This document shows, piece by piece, positions 21,842-31,365 of a DNA stretch of 64,000 nucleotides. Made by a program: the position numbers and the translations under genes. Within the stretch, counting starts at the first letter, position 1; each line of letters opens with the position of its first letter. Origin of the DNA: Alistipes sp. (GTDB lineage: Bacteria > Bacteroidota > Bacteroidia > Bacteroidales > Rikenellaceae); assembly GCA_017398555.1 (NCBI GenBank), contig JAFQFV010000021.1, forward strand, positions 50,738 to 114,737, read 5' to 3'. Below the pieces are notes generated by a model. It made no database searches. It was not told where the DNA came from and saw only the letters and a list, made by a program, of their open reading frames with translations.

Positions 21842-21930
21842 CAAAGATAGAATTTTTTGCGGTTTCTACGAAAAATTACTAAAAAAAGTTATTAACAATC
21901 CTATTTTTTGCCATCTTTTTCCTATCTTTG
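21842..21930. promoter_or_regulatory. Divergent promoters (TATCTTTG at 21842-21849 minus, 21923-21930 plus)
   Basis: Two back-to-back TAnnTTTG matches between plsC and the PqqD gene. Confidence 0.55.
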
Positions 21931-21934
21931 CAGC

Positions 21935-22201
21935 ATGAAATTCAAAGAGGGATACAAAGTTAGAGAGATTGCTGGCGAGCATGTGATTATCAAGCAGGGT
22001 CGCTTTGGTGCCGACATGACACGCGTAATCGCCCTCAACGCCACCTCGCTGCTGCTTTGGGAGCAGTTGCAGGGCAAGGAGTTTGAGACCACTGACGTCA
22101 TCGCAATTTTAACAGAGAACTTCGAGGTTGATACCACTACCGCCACCGCAGATGCCAAGGCGTGGGTAGAGAAGTTACACGAGTGCGATTTGGTTGAGTA
22201 A
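21935..22201 (+). CDS. Stand-alone PqqD-family (RRE-like) protein
   Basis: MKFKEGYKVREIAGE...IALNATSLLLWEQL...A.ADAKAWVEKL..CDLVE; 88 aa. Confidence 0.8.
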   Translation: MKFKEGYKVREIAGEHVIIKQGRFGADMTRVIALNATSLLLWEQLQGKEFETTDVIAILTENFEVDTTTATADAKAWVEKLHECDLVE

Positions 22202-22213
22202 AGTGTTACAAAG

Positions 22214-22627
22214 ATGAGGATGAAGAGGTTTATATCGTCGCTTATTCTTGCTATATATTTGATGGCAAGCTGTGGTGGTATGCTCTCTGTAATTCTCTGC
22301 CATTGTACTCGTAGTCAGCACGTTATAACCCACCACTGCTGCGACCATTGTTGCCATCATCACGACACGGGTGACGGCATTAAACTCCCCTCAAAATGTT
22401 GTAACCACGACCACTCTACCGAGATCGATCTTTACAACCACGAAAAGTCACTTTTCAAGGGTGTCGTACCCGCTATTTTTGCACTTCTGCCATCGCTGCA
22501 GGAGGCTATAGATTTTTCGATTGAGCAGGGCCCTGTAAGTAGGCATCTTGACCGTCGAAAAACGCCACTTCTCATATCTGAATTTGTCGCTCTCAAGGGG
22601 TTGAGGGCGCCACCGGTTATTGCATAA
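22214..22627 (+). CDS. His/Cys-rich membrane-anchored small protein ending in RAPP (HYC_CC_PP-like)
   Basis: N-terminal hydrophobic segment, CHC, HHCCDHCCHHH, KCCNHDH, C-terminal LRAPPVIA. Confidence 0.75.
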   Translation: MRMKRFISSLILAIYLMASCGGMLSVILCHCTRSQHVITHHCCDHCCHHHDTGDGIKLPSKCCNHDHSTEIDLYNHEKSLFKGVVPAIFALLPSLQEAIDFSIEQGPVSRHLDRRKTPLLISEFVALKGLRAPPVIA

Positions 22628-22680
22628 TTACTTTTTCGGATAGTATCCGTTAATCTATTTATGTTCAATAACTTACAACT

Positions 22681-25026
22681 ATGAAAAAATCACTTTTTAC
22701 ACTTTTTGCCATCCTTGGCACATTGAGTGTATCTGCACAAAATATCACAGGTCGCGTACTCGATGCTGCAGGCAATCCGCTCCCCGGAGCATCTGTATAT
22801 TGGGCAGATACAAATGTCGGCGAGGCAGCCGATATGAACGGTAATTTCCGCATCCATCGCGTGAAGGGTTATGACAAGCTCGTAGGCTCATTTTTGGGCT
22901 ACACAAACGACACAATCGCAACCGATAAGGCCACTACCGAGGTGGTATTCAACCTTATCGAGGGCGTAGCCGTAGAGAGCGTTGTTGTCGAGGGTAATCT
23001 GCGCGGAAACTACATCTCACACGAGGGTATTCTGAAGAACGAAAATATCTCATTTGCAGGACTTTGCAAGATGGCGTGCTGTAACCTTGCCGAGAGTTTC
23101 GAGAACTCTGCATCGGTTACCGTCGGCTACTCTGATGCCATCTCAGGTGCGCGTCAGATTAAGATGCTCGGTCTTGCAGGAACATATACCCAGATTCTCG
23201 ACGAGAACCGCGCCATAATGCGTGGATTATCAGCCCCTTATGGTCTTGGTTACACCCCTGGTATGTGGCTCAACTCCATTCAGGTGTCAAAGGGTATCTC
23301 ATCCGTCACTGCGGGTCATGAGGCGGTAACAGGTCAGATTAACCTTGAGCACCGTAAGCCAACAGACGAGGAGCGATTCTTCCTCAATCTCTACCTTGAC
23401 AACGAGCTCAAGCCGGAGGTAAACCTCTCTACTGCCCTGCCTGTAACACCTGACAAGCGACTCTCTACAGTCATCCTTGCCCACGCTTCGGTCGATACTC
23501 ACAAATTTGACCACAACGGCGACGGATATCGCGACCTTCCTATGGCGCGTCAGTTCAATGTTGCCAATCGTTGGCTATATCAGGGCGAGAATGGCATTCA
23601 GGTACGTTGGGGTGCCAAGTATGTAAATGACCAGCGTGTCGGCGGTCAGATGAGCTTCAAAAAGTCTATGATTGAGGATAAAGATGGCAAGGCGTGGTAC
23701 GATTGGTGGCGCGAGGAGAACCTCTATGGTTCGGTTGTCGCAAATCAGGAGGCCAACGCATATTTCAAGATGGGAAAGCCTGTCGGTGCAGCCGTTTTTG
23801 ACAAGGATGAGAGCAGCGAGATGCGTTCAAATGTAGCGATGATTGTCGATTACGACTTCTTCCGCGAGGATGCGATTTTCGGTGCTGATAAGGCCTATCT
23901 TGGTGGTCAGCACATGGCAAATCTCAACCTGATGTACACCCACTATTTCACATACAACTCGTCTCTCGCAACAGGTCTTACAGCCTCTTCACGTTGGGTT
24001 GCCGAGACACTTACCGATCGCACTTGGGGCCGCGATGGCGTATGGGGTAATAGTCAGAGTGACAACGTATTACAGAACTTTGACCGCAACGAGACTGAGG
24101 TGGGCGCCTATGCCGAATATACATACAACATCAAGGAGAAGTTCTCTGTTGTGGCAGGTATGCGATACGACTATAACATCTACTTCCGCAAGCATCTGCT
24201 CACTCCGCGCGGACATATAAAGTGGAACATCACTCCGACAACCGTATTGCGTGGTTCTGCAGGTTTGGGTTACCGTCCTACTGACATTATAACCGACAAT
24301 ATCGGCATTATGGCAACAGGTCGTCGCATCGTATTTGATACCCCATTTGGTAGAGATTTCGACCGTATGGAGAGCGCGCTTACCGCAGGTGGTTCACTGT
24401 CGCAGACAATATCAACTGTCGATTACCGCGATATGACCATCAGCTTCGACTACTTCCGCACACAGCTCTTCCATAGCGTAATAGTCGATCAGGAGCGCGA
24501 TGCTGACAATATCTACATCTACACCACCGATGGTAAGTCGTTCACCAACACCTATCAGGTAGATTTAAGCTGGACACCTGCCGAGCGCCTTGATATCTTC
24601 GCCACATTCCGCTATACCGATAGTAAATATACTATCACACGCGCAGATGGCACACAGCAGCTCGTTGAGCGCCCTTTGGTCAGCCGTTTCAAGACCCTGC
24701 TCAATATCCAATACGCAACCCGTATGCGTAAGTGGACATTCGATGTTACCGCGCAGCTCAACGGCAAGAGCCGCATCCCGACACAGACAGGTGTTATTGC
24801 CGATAGCGAGTACTCCCCTATCTACCCTATGTTCTTTGCGCAGGTTACTCGCAAGATTAAGATGTGGGACATCTACATCGGCTGCGAGAACATCGCCGGA
24901 TTCCGCCAGAAAAACCCTATTCTGGGCTATGCAGACCCATACTCAACAGCATTTAACTCTGCTTGCGTTTGGGGTCCGCTGATGGGTAGAAAAGTATATA
25001 TTGGTGTACGATTTAACCTCTATTAA
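22681..25026 (+). CDS. TonB-dependent receptor, probably metal-related
   Basis: Signal peptide, carboxypeptidase-regulatory-like N domain, plug with CKMACCNLAESF, C-terminal GRKVYIGVRFNLY. Confidence 0.9.
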   Translation: MKKSLFTLFAILGTLSVSAQNITGRVLDAAGNPLPGASVYWADTNVGEAADMNGNFRIHRVKGYDKLVGSFLGYTNDTIATDKATTEVVFNLIEGVAVESVVVEGNLRGNYISHEGILKNENISFAGLCKMACCNLAESFENSASVTVGYSDAISGARQIKMLGLAGTYTQILDENRAIMRGLSAPYGLGYTPGMWLNSIQVSKGISSVTAGHEAVTGQINLEHRKPTDEERFFLNLYLDNELKPEVNLSTALPVTPDKRLSTVILAHASVDTHKFDHNGDGYRDLPMARQFNVANRWLYQGENGIQVRWGAKYVNDQRVGGQMSFKKSMIEDKDGKAWYDWWREENLYGSVVANQEANAYFKMGKPVGAAVFDKDESSEMRSNVAMIVDYDFFREDAIFGADKAYLGGQHMANLNLMYTHYFTYNSSLATGLTASSRWVAETLTDRTWGRDGVWGNSQSDNVLQNFDRNETEVGAYAEYTYNIKEKFSVVAGMRYDYNIYFRKHLLTPRGHIKWNITPTTVLRGSAGLGYRPTDIITDNIGIMATGRRIVFDTPFGRDFDRMESALTAGGSLSQTISTVDYRDMTISFDYFRTQLFHSVIVDQERDADNIYIYTTDGKSFTNTYQVDLSWTPAERLDIFATFRYTDSKYTITRADGTQQLVERPLVSRFKTLLNIQYATRMRKWTFDVTAQLNGKSRIPTQTGVIADSEYSPIYPMFFAQVTRKIKMWDIYIGCENIAGFRQKNPILGYADPYSTAFNSACVWGPLMGRKVYIGVRFNLY

Positions 25027-25058
25027 ACGTTATTTATCAAACTAAACATATCAAACCT

Positions 25059-25448
25059 ATGAAAAAGATTATTATCCTCGCAGTAGCACTGTTCGCAATA
25101 GCAGGTACTGCAGTAGCACAGAAGGCTGCAAAGCAGATTGTAACAACCGTATTTGTCACAGATATCGACTGTGAGGGTTGCGCAAAGAAGATTTACGACA
25201 ACTTCTACGGAAAGGGTGTAAAGAGCATTAAGTGCGACGTTGCAACCAAGACCGTAGCTGTAACTTATGACGCTTCAAAGAACACCCCAGAGGGCCTTAT
25301 GCCTGCATTTAAGGACCTTAAGGTTAAGGTCTTCAAGCACATGAGCCAGGAGGAGTTTGCAAAGCACAAGGCGCACGGCCACAACCACACCTGCACCGAC
25401 TGCACTGGCCATAACCACAACCACGCAGGCCACAACCACAAGCACTAA
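25059..25448 (+). CDS. Periplasmic heavy-metal-associated (HMA) protein with His-rich tail
   Basis: Signal peptide, DIDCEGC, tail HGHNHTCTDCTGHNHNHAGHNHKH. Confidence 0.85.
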   Translation: MKKIIILAVALFAIAGTAVAQKAAKQIVTTVFVTDIDCEGCAKKIYDNFYGKGVKSIKCDVATKTVAVTYDASKNTPEGLMPAFKDLKVKVFKHMSQEEFAKHKAHGHNHTCTDCTGHNHNHAGHNHKH

Positions 25449-25462
25449 TCTGCTCTCAATAC

Positions 25463-25500
25463 AAAATACCCCAACAGCAATGCCGTTGGGGTATTTTTTT
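25463..25500 (+). terminator. Rho-independent terminator
   Basis: AAAATACCCCAAC...GTTGGGGTATTTTTTT. Confidence 0.8.
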
Positions 25501-25563
25501 GCTATCAGAGTGAGTCAGATACGGTGCATCGTAAAAGAAATCAGTGGCGGATAGTTACTCCTG

Positions 25564-25688
25564 ATTTCTTGTCAAAAGAGGTAAGATGCGGTGCCAAATG
25601 ATAACTCCCCGGATGGGTCATACTAAAGCGTATTACCCATTCGGGGAGTTGAGTTTGGTGCCGCAGGTTGCGGCTTTTCACAAGAAAT
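25564..25688 (+). repeat. Family A element, copy A3 (preceded by a truncated copy ~25496-25570)
   Basis: Arms ATTTCTTGTCAAAAG/CTTTTCACAAGAAAT; inner AACTCCCCGGATGGGT/ACCCATTCGGGGAGTT; touches the stop at 25688. Confidence 0.85.
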
Positions 25689-26686
25689 TATTTCATTGCC
25701 TGCTGAACTGCTACAGCCACAGCTACAGTCGCACCTACCATTGGGTTGTTACCCATACCGAGGAAGCCCATCATCTCAACGTGTGCTGGAACTGAAGATG
25801 AACCTGCAAACTGTGCGTCAGAGTGCATACGGCCGAGAGTGTCGGTCATACCGTAAGAAGCTGGTCCTGCGCCCATGTTATCTGGGTGAAGAGTACGGCC
25901 GGTACCACCACCAGATGCTACTGAGAAGTACTTCTTACCTGCAAGTACGCGCTCCTTCTTATAAGTACCTGCTACAGGGTGCTGGAAACGGGTTGGGTTA
26001 GTAGAGTTACCGGTGATTGATACATCTACATCCTCCTTCCACATCACTGCTACGCCCTCACGAACGTCATCTACGCCGTAGCAACGAACCTTTGAACGAA
26101 GACCGTCAGAGTAAGCGATAGTCTCTACCTCGTGAACCTCACCTGTGTAGTAGTCAAACTGAGTCTGAACATAGGTAAAGCCGTTGATACGAGAGATAAT
26201 CTTCGCTGCATCCTTACCAAGACCGTTAAGGATAACGCGGAGTGGGTTCTTACGAACCTTATTAGCCATCTCAGCAATCTTAATTGCACCCTCAGCTGCT
26301 GCGAAAGACTCGTGACCAGCAAGGAATGCGAAGCACTGAGTCTCCTCACGGAGAAGACGAGCTGCGAGGTTACCGTGACCAAGACCTACCAGACGATCGT
26401 CTGCTACAGAGCCTGGGATACAGAATGCCTGCAGACCCTCACCGATAGCCTCGGCTGCGTCAGCTGCATTTGTGCAACCCTTCTTAATTGCGATAGCAGC
26501 ACCTACTACGTAAGCCCACTTTGCATTCTCGAAGCAGATTGGCTGAGTCTCCTCACACATTGTGTAAGGGTCAATGCCCTTTGCCTCGCAAATTGCCTTT
26601 GCATCCTCGATGCCGTTGATACCATATTGTGCAAGCACAGCGTTAATCTTATCTATTCTGCGCTCATAGCTCTCAAATAATGCCAT
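25688..26686 (-). CDS. GGGtGRT family protein
   Basis: Signature SGGGTGRTLHPDNM. Confidence 0.9.
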   Translation of the reverse strand: MALFESYERRIDKINAVLAQYGINGIEDAKAICEAKGIDPYTMCEETQPICFENAKWAYVVGAAIAIKKGCTNAADAAEAIGEGLQAFCIPGSVADDRLVGLGHGNLAARLLREETQCFAFLAGHESFAAAEGAIKIAEMANKVRKNPLRVILNGLGKDAAKIISRINGFTYVQTQFDYYTGEVHEVETIAYSDGLRSKVRCYGVDDVREGVAVMWKEDVDVSITGNSTNPTRFQHPVAGTYKKERVLAGKKYFSVASGGGTGRTLHPDNMGAGPASYGMTDTLGRMHSDAQFAGSSSVPAHVEMMGFLGMGNNPMVGATVAVAVAVQQAMK

Positions 26687-26720
26687 AATTCTATAAAATT
26701 TAAGGGTTTAACAATATGGT

Positions 26721-27413
26721 TTACTCGTGACGTGGATCGATATACTTAACAGCATCCTTGAAGCGGCCATAAGAGCCCTTTGCCTTCTCGAGTGCCTCTA
26801 CAGGCTCGATACCCTTCTTTACAAAGTCCATGAACTTGCCGAGGTGAACGAACTCGTAACCGATAATCTCGTCGTTTGCATCAAGGCCCATACGAGTACA
26901 GTAACCCTCTGCCATCTCAAGGTAACGAGCACCCTTTGCAAGAGTACCGAACATTGTACCTACCTGAGAACGAAGACCCTTACCAAGGTCCTCAAGAGAT
27001 GCACCGATAACAAGACCACCCTCAGAGAAAGCTGACTGGGTACGACCGTAAACAATCTGCTTGAACAGCTCACGCATAGCAGTGTTGATAGCATCGCAAA
27101 CAAGGTCAGTATTAAGTGCCTCAAGGATTGTCTTTCCAGGAAGAATCTCTGAAGCCATAGCTGCAGAGTGAGTCATACCAGAGCAACCGATAGTCTCAAC
27201 GAGTGCCTCCTGAATGATACCATCCTTAACATTGAGGGTCAGCTTACAAGCACCCTGCTGTGGTGCACACCAACCAATACCGTGAGTAAGACCGGAAATG
27301 TCCTTAATCTCCTTGGCGCGAACCCACTTGCCCTCCTCAGGAATAGGAGCAGACTCGTGATTTGCACCCTTCTTTACGCAGCACATCTGCTGCACTTCGT
27401 GTGAATAAATCAT
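26721..27413 (-). CDS. NifU/IscU-N-like Fe-S scaffold-domain protein (usual partner of GGGtGRT)
   Basis: HGIGWCAPQQGACKL, ETIGCSGMTHS, LVCDAIN; start set to MIYSHEV. Confidence 0.8.
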   Translation of the reverse strand: MIYSHEVQQMCCVKKGANHESAPIPEEGKWVRAKEIKDISGLTHGIGWCAPQQGACKLTLNVKDGIIQEALVETIGCSGMTHSAAMASEILPGKTILEALNTDLVCDAINTAMRELFKQIVYGRTQSAFSEGGLVIGASLEDLGKGLRSQVGTMFGTLAKGARYLEMAEGYCTRMGLDANDEIIGYEFVHLGKFMDFVKKGIEPVEALEKAKGSYGRFKDAVKYIDPRHE

Positions 27414-27511
27414 AGAGTTTTTATTTTTATAAATAAAGTTTGTACACAATCAAGCACAAAGATAGTAAATTTTAGACAATTTGCGCCTCATTTGCGAAAA
27501 ACTACGCAAAT

Positions 27512-30163
27512 TTATTTTCTCGCCTCGTCAATTATCTTCTGAGCCTGCTTCTCCGCCTCGGCAATAAGTTTGTCGGCAGCGGCCTTGGCTGCTATCTTCG
27601 CTATCGGATTTGTCGCCTTCTCGACGAGCTTATTTGCCTCATTTCGAGCAGTTTCGATAATCTGAGCCGCCTTTGCCTCAGCCTCAGCTATCGCCTTCTG
27701 CTTGGCTGTATCCACAGTCTGAACAACCTGCTCCTTTACCTGCTCTACCTTCTGCTCCACCTTCTGCTCGACAACCTCCTTATCTATGCCCGCCTTCTCA
27801 AGGGCTGCCTCAACACTCTTTGCGGTATCGAGCGTAACTTTCGGTTTAGAGAATGTACCGCCAATCTTACCATGGAGTGTCATCTGCGGCAGGGCAACAG
27901 CCACATTGTAATCTATCGACTGGTCAAGACCTGTAAGACCCGAAAGGGTCAGTTTGGTCTTACCGAGGTTGATGTCGAATGGTTTGGTGACGATATTACC
28001 ATTCTCAATCATAAAGCTGATGACAGTCACCTCGGTAGCCTCGATTTTATTCAAATCCACGCCATTACCCGCAAGTTTGGAGAGCATATTGAGTGCCGGC
28101 ACATCAGAGAGTTTGAAGTTACCGGAGGTAATTTTTCCGCTACCATTAACGCTTCCAAGCTGTGGTGACATCGTCTTATCGAGCAACATATCGCACTTGA
28201 GCGACATTGTATAGTTACCCGCAATCTGTTCAAAAAGTGGCACCAACTTCTCCACTAATTCGAGCTCTGCCGCTGTCTTCTTGAACGACGCTTGCGAGAA
28301 GACTGCATCGAGTCCGAGCCTGGGGCTCTCAATATTTGAGGTAGAGTATGCCGCCGTAGCCTTCGCCTTACCGTCAAACATATTCATACCCAGATTATCG
28401 AGCGAGAGCACTCCATCCTTAACCGATGCTGTACCAGCAAGATTCTCCATTACCATCTTATCGTAGAGCACCTTGCCAAGGTTGCAATCGAGCACCAAAT
28501 TAAGGTTCTTCGGCACCTCGATAGCTCCCGACTCCTCAGATGTACTCTGCTCGGCCTGCTCAGGCTGTTCAGTCTGCTCCGCCTCTGTCGATTCATCATC
28601 CGAGAGTGAGGCCATAAGTTCGTTCAAATCAAGCAGTTGCGACTTTACATCCAATCGACCGGAGAGGGTCTTATCGTGCAGCAGATATCCCCAATAGTTT
28701 GTCAGATTACCCGATGCCGAAATGTCACTCTGTCCAATCTTTACCTCCAACGACTCAAGAGCCATCTTTGATGGTGAGAGTGTTGCAAAGGCCTTACCGA
28801 CCTCGATTGTAGGGAACTTACCATATTCAACCTCGATATTCTCAACGCCGAGCTGACCACTTACAGCAAGCTGGTCGTATGCCCCCTTATCAATGTCGGA
28901 CATATGACCCGCAACTGCCGCATCGGCTGTAATAATACCCTCCAGAGCCATATCCTCAAGCGGATAGATATCCTTTATCGCACCCAAATCAATCTTACCC
29001 TTCAATGTCGCATCAAAGCCCAAATCAGAGAACGGTGTGGCCGCCTTGAGTGTCGCAGCAATAGTCTGACCGCCGAATGATGCGCCAAACTTCGAGATAT
29101 TTACAGTTGTCGCATCGAGCGTTCCTCCCCTATTGGCAACCGCTGCAACGATAGCAATATCCGACACAGCCTTTGGCAGATCGGCATACTTAAAACTACC
29201 CTTCGCAACGTTGAGTTTAAGGTCAAATGCAGGGTACTTATCGCCACTCAGTCGGCCCTTAACGGCACCTGTCAGCGACACATCGCCCGATGCTGTCAGG
29301 TTCTTAAAGTCCTTTGTATAGAGCACCGGCACAAGCGAAAGGATACTCTTAAAGTCATTATCCGAACAGTCCAAAGTAATATCGGTAACAATATCGTCAC
29401 CATCCATCTCCACCCAACCATCAAGGGCAGCCTTAACGCTATTTACAGATAGATTAACCTTTGAGAGTGTGTAACGACTTGTATCAAAATCGGCACCTAT
29501 AGCACCATCGAGCGCCATAGTAAGCCCCGATGCAAATGAGTCGCCATCGCTGACAAATGTAATATCACCCGCTGCCGCCTTCAGGAAGAGTGTTGTCGAT
29601 GCTGCCGACAAATCGCCCGATAGAGAGAGTGAAACAGGGGCTGTCTTGAAGTGCATATTGCTCTGATTGTCATCATAGCTGATATCTGCACCCTCAATAT
29701 TTACAGAGTTGATAGAGAGTTTGAAGGTCGATTCGCTCTCCTCCTCAACCTCCTCGACCTCAGGCTCAGATGGCTTCATAATATCCCAATTTACCTTGCC
29801 ATCCTTCAGCACCACGCCGTGTATCTGAGGCTCTAACAGCCACACCTTACTAATCTCAAAACTCTCGCCAAAGAGTGAAAGCACATCTACAGCAACCTCG
29901 ATACGTTTACCTGCCACAAGTACCACATCCTCAAACGCATCAATGCCTGTCACAGAGAAGTTTACAAGTTCCAGTGACGCCTTCGGAAAGTGGCTGATAA
30001 GCGATATATCAAGCTTTTCAAACTCAACTTTGGCGTTGAGCATCTTGTTAGCCTCACTCTTGACAATATCGCCAATTTTATCACTCAGCAGCGCAGGGAC
30101 AGCTATAATAACAGCAATAAGCACTGCCAAAACTATTGCAAAAATCTTCAAAACCTTTTTCAT
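27512..30163 (-). CDS. AsmA-family protein
   Basis: N-terminal TM, NWDIMK motif, beta-rich body, C-terminal A/E/K helical tail. Confidence 0.85.
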   Translation of the reverse strand: MKKVLKIFAIVLAVLIAVIIAVPALLSDKIGDIVKSEANKMLNAKVEFEKLDISLISHFPKASLELVNFSVTGIDAFEDVVLVAGKRIEVAVDVLSLFGESFEISKVWLLEPQIHGVVLKDGKVNWDIMKPSEPEVEEVEEESESTFKLSINSVNIEGADISYDDNQSNMHFKTAPVSLSLSGDLSAASTTLFLKAAAGDITFVSDGDSFASGLTMALDGAIGADFDTSRYTLSKVNLSVNSVKAALDGWVEMDGDDIVTDITLDCSDNDFKSILSLVPVLYTKDFKNLTASGDVSLTGAVKGRLSGDKYPAFDLKLNVAKGSFKYADLPKAVSDIAIVAAVANRGGTLDATTVNISKFGASFGGQTIAATLKAATPFSDLGFDATLKGKIDLGAIKDIYPLEDMALEGIITADAAVAGHMSDIDKGAYDQLAVSGQLGVENIEVEYGKFPTIEVGKAFATLSPSKMALESLEVKIGQSDISASGNLTNYWGYLLHDKTLSGRLDVKSQLLDLNELMASLSDDESTEAEQTEQPEQAEQSTSEESGAIEVPKNLNLVLDCNLGKVLYDKMVMENLAGTASVKDGVLSLDNLGMNMFDGKAKATAAYSTSNIESPRLGLDAVFSQASFKKTAAELELVEKLVPLFEQIAGNYTMSLKCDMLLDKTMSPQLGSVNGSGKITSGNFKLSDVPALNMLSKLAGNGVDLNKIEATEVTVISFMIENGNIVTKPFDINLGKTKLTLSGLTGLDQSIDYNVAVALPQMTLHGKIGGTFSKPKVTLDTAKSVEAALEKAGIDKEVVEQKVEQKVEQVKEQVVQTVDTAKQKAIAEAEAKAAQIIETARNEANKLVEKATNPIAKIAAKAAADKLIAEAEKQAQKIIDEARK

Positions 30164-30241
30164 AACTAAACCTTATATTTTGTTTCCAAAGTTACAAAAT
30201 ATTTCCTAAATTTGCATAGTATAACATAAATATTGACTACT

Positions 30242-30853
30242 ATGAGACGAATTTTTATCACTCTTATCGCACTTTTTACCATCTCTACCACCAACGCTCA
30301 GGGTTGGCTTGACGCACTGAAGAAGGTTGCCACCGAGGCTGTGGATAAGGCTACTGATGGCGCACTGACTAAAATTGCCATTGTCGGCAGCTGGTCTTAC
30401 TCAGCTCCTGCTGTAAAACTCGATGGCGAAGATACCCTCACATCACTCAGCGGCTCGGCTCTTAGCGCAACATTAGGTAGCAAGATGGAGAGCATCTTTG
30501 CAAAGGTCGGTATCGTTAAGGGCGCTTGCTCTGTAACATTCAATGAGGATGGCACATTTACAATGCCTATCAAGAGCCGCAATATCTCAGGAACTTATAC
30601 CTATAACAATGAGGATCACTCACTTACAATGACCCTCGGACAAGAGAAGAAGGTCGAAGTTAAGGGCTTTGCATATATCAGCGGCGCAAACCTGCAGCTT
30701 GTTTTTCAAATTAATAAGCTGACCGACTTTTTGGTAAATGTAGGCTCAAGTGTATCTTCACTCTCGACTGTCACAAACCTCATCAAGCAGTACGAAAATA
30801 TCTACCTCGGCTTCGAGTTTGCACGCCAAACAGCGACCACAACAGCTGAATAG
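30242..30853 (+). CDS. Secreted lipocalin-like protein (DUF4923-like)
   Basis: Signal peptide; IVGSWSYSAPAV, TFNEDGTF, SGTYTY, LGFEF. Confidence 0.7.
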   Translation: MRRIFITLIALFTISTTNAQGWLDALKKVATEAVDKATDGALTKIAIVGSWSYSAPAVKLDGEDTLTSLSGSALSATLGSKMESIFAKVGIVKGACSVTFNEDGTFTMPIKSRNISGTYTYNNEDHSLTMTLGQEKKVEVKGFAYISGANLQLVFQINKLTDFLVNVGSSVSSLSTVTNLIKQYENIYLGFEFARQTATTTAE

Positions 30854-30859
30854 CTGTTG

Positions 30860-30996
30860 CGGCAGTTGTTACGGATTTAGGATAGCCGTAGGCTATTCAA
30901 TAAAATAAAACCCTTCACTTTCAAGCGAGCTTGAGTGAGGGGTTTTCTTTTATTGCGCTATCTTCGATAGCATCCTAAATCCGAAAACAATTACCG
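30860..30996. repeat. Structured repeat family C, copy 1 (core CTTCACTTTCAAGCGAGCTTGAGTGAG)
   Basis: Outer arms CGGATTTAGGAT/ATCCTAAATCCG, two side hairpins and a long central stem; homologous to 57182-57327. Confidence 0.75.
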
Positions 30997-31035
30997 ATAC
31001 TAAAACTTTACAAAAATATTTACATTCCCTCCAAA

Positions 31036-31096
31036 CCTCCCTTTGAAAAAGGGAGGCTTAGTCGCAGAGTCCCTCTGCTCCGGGTGCAACGACTAA
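31036..31096. repeat. REP-like hairpins
   Basis: CCTCCCTTT-GAA-AAAGGGAGG followed by TTAGTCG..CAGAG-TCC-CTCTG..CGACTAA. Confidence 0.5.
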
Positions 31097-31239
31097 ACGG
31101 GTTTCCTGGCTAACGCAGTATGAGATAACGGCTAAAAGCAAATCAGAGTTTGTACTCAGCTCAATCTATGCACTGTTTTATCGTCAAAAGATAGTAGTCG
31201 CAAATCGCATTTTAAGTGAGGGATAATTAGAGTGACGCT

Positions 31240-31365
31240 ATTTGGCGTCAGAGTATGCCAGGTATGGTACATCGTGAAAAAAAGTAGCGACGGATAGTAC
31301 TAAAACGTACAGCCGTCGCTACTGATTAAGGGATGTGCCATAAATGGCACACTATCACGCCAAAT
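31240..31365 (+). repeat. Family A element, copy A4 (orphan left end at ~31176)
   Basis: Nearly identical to A1 but with arms ATTTGGCGT/ACGCCAAAT and inner GTAGCGACGG/CCGTCGCTAC; touches the stop at 31365. Confidence 0.9.

Noticed and set aside
21935-25448. Lasso peptide or PQQ biosynthetic cluster
   Set aside because: Only the PqqD-like protein is present; no cyclase, peptidase or radical SAM gene
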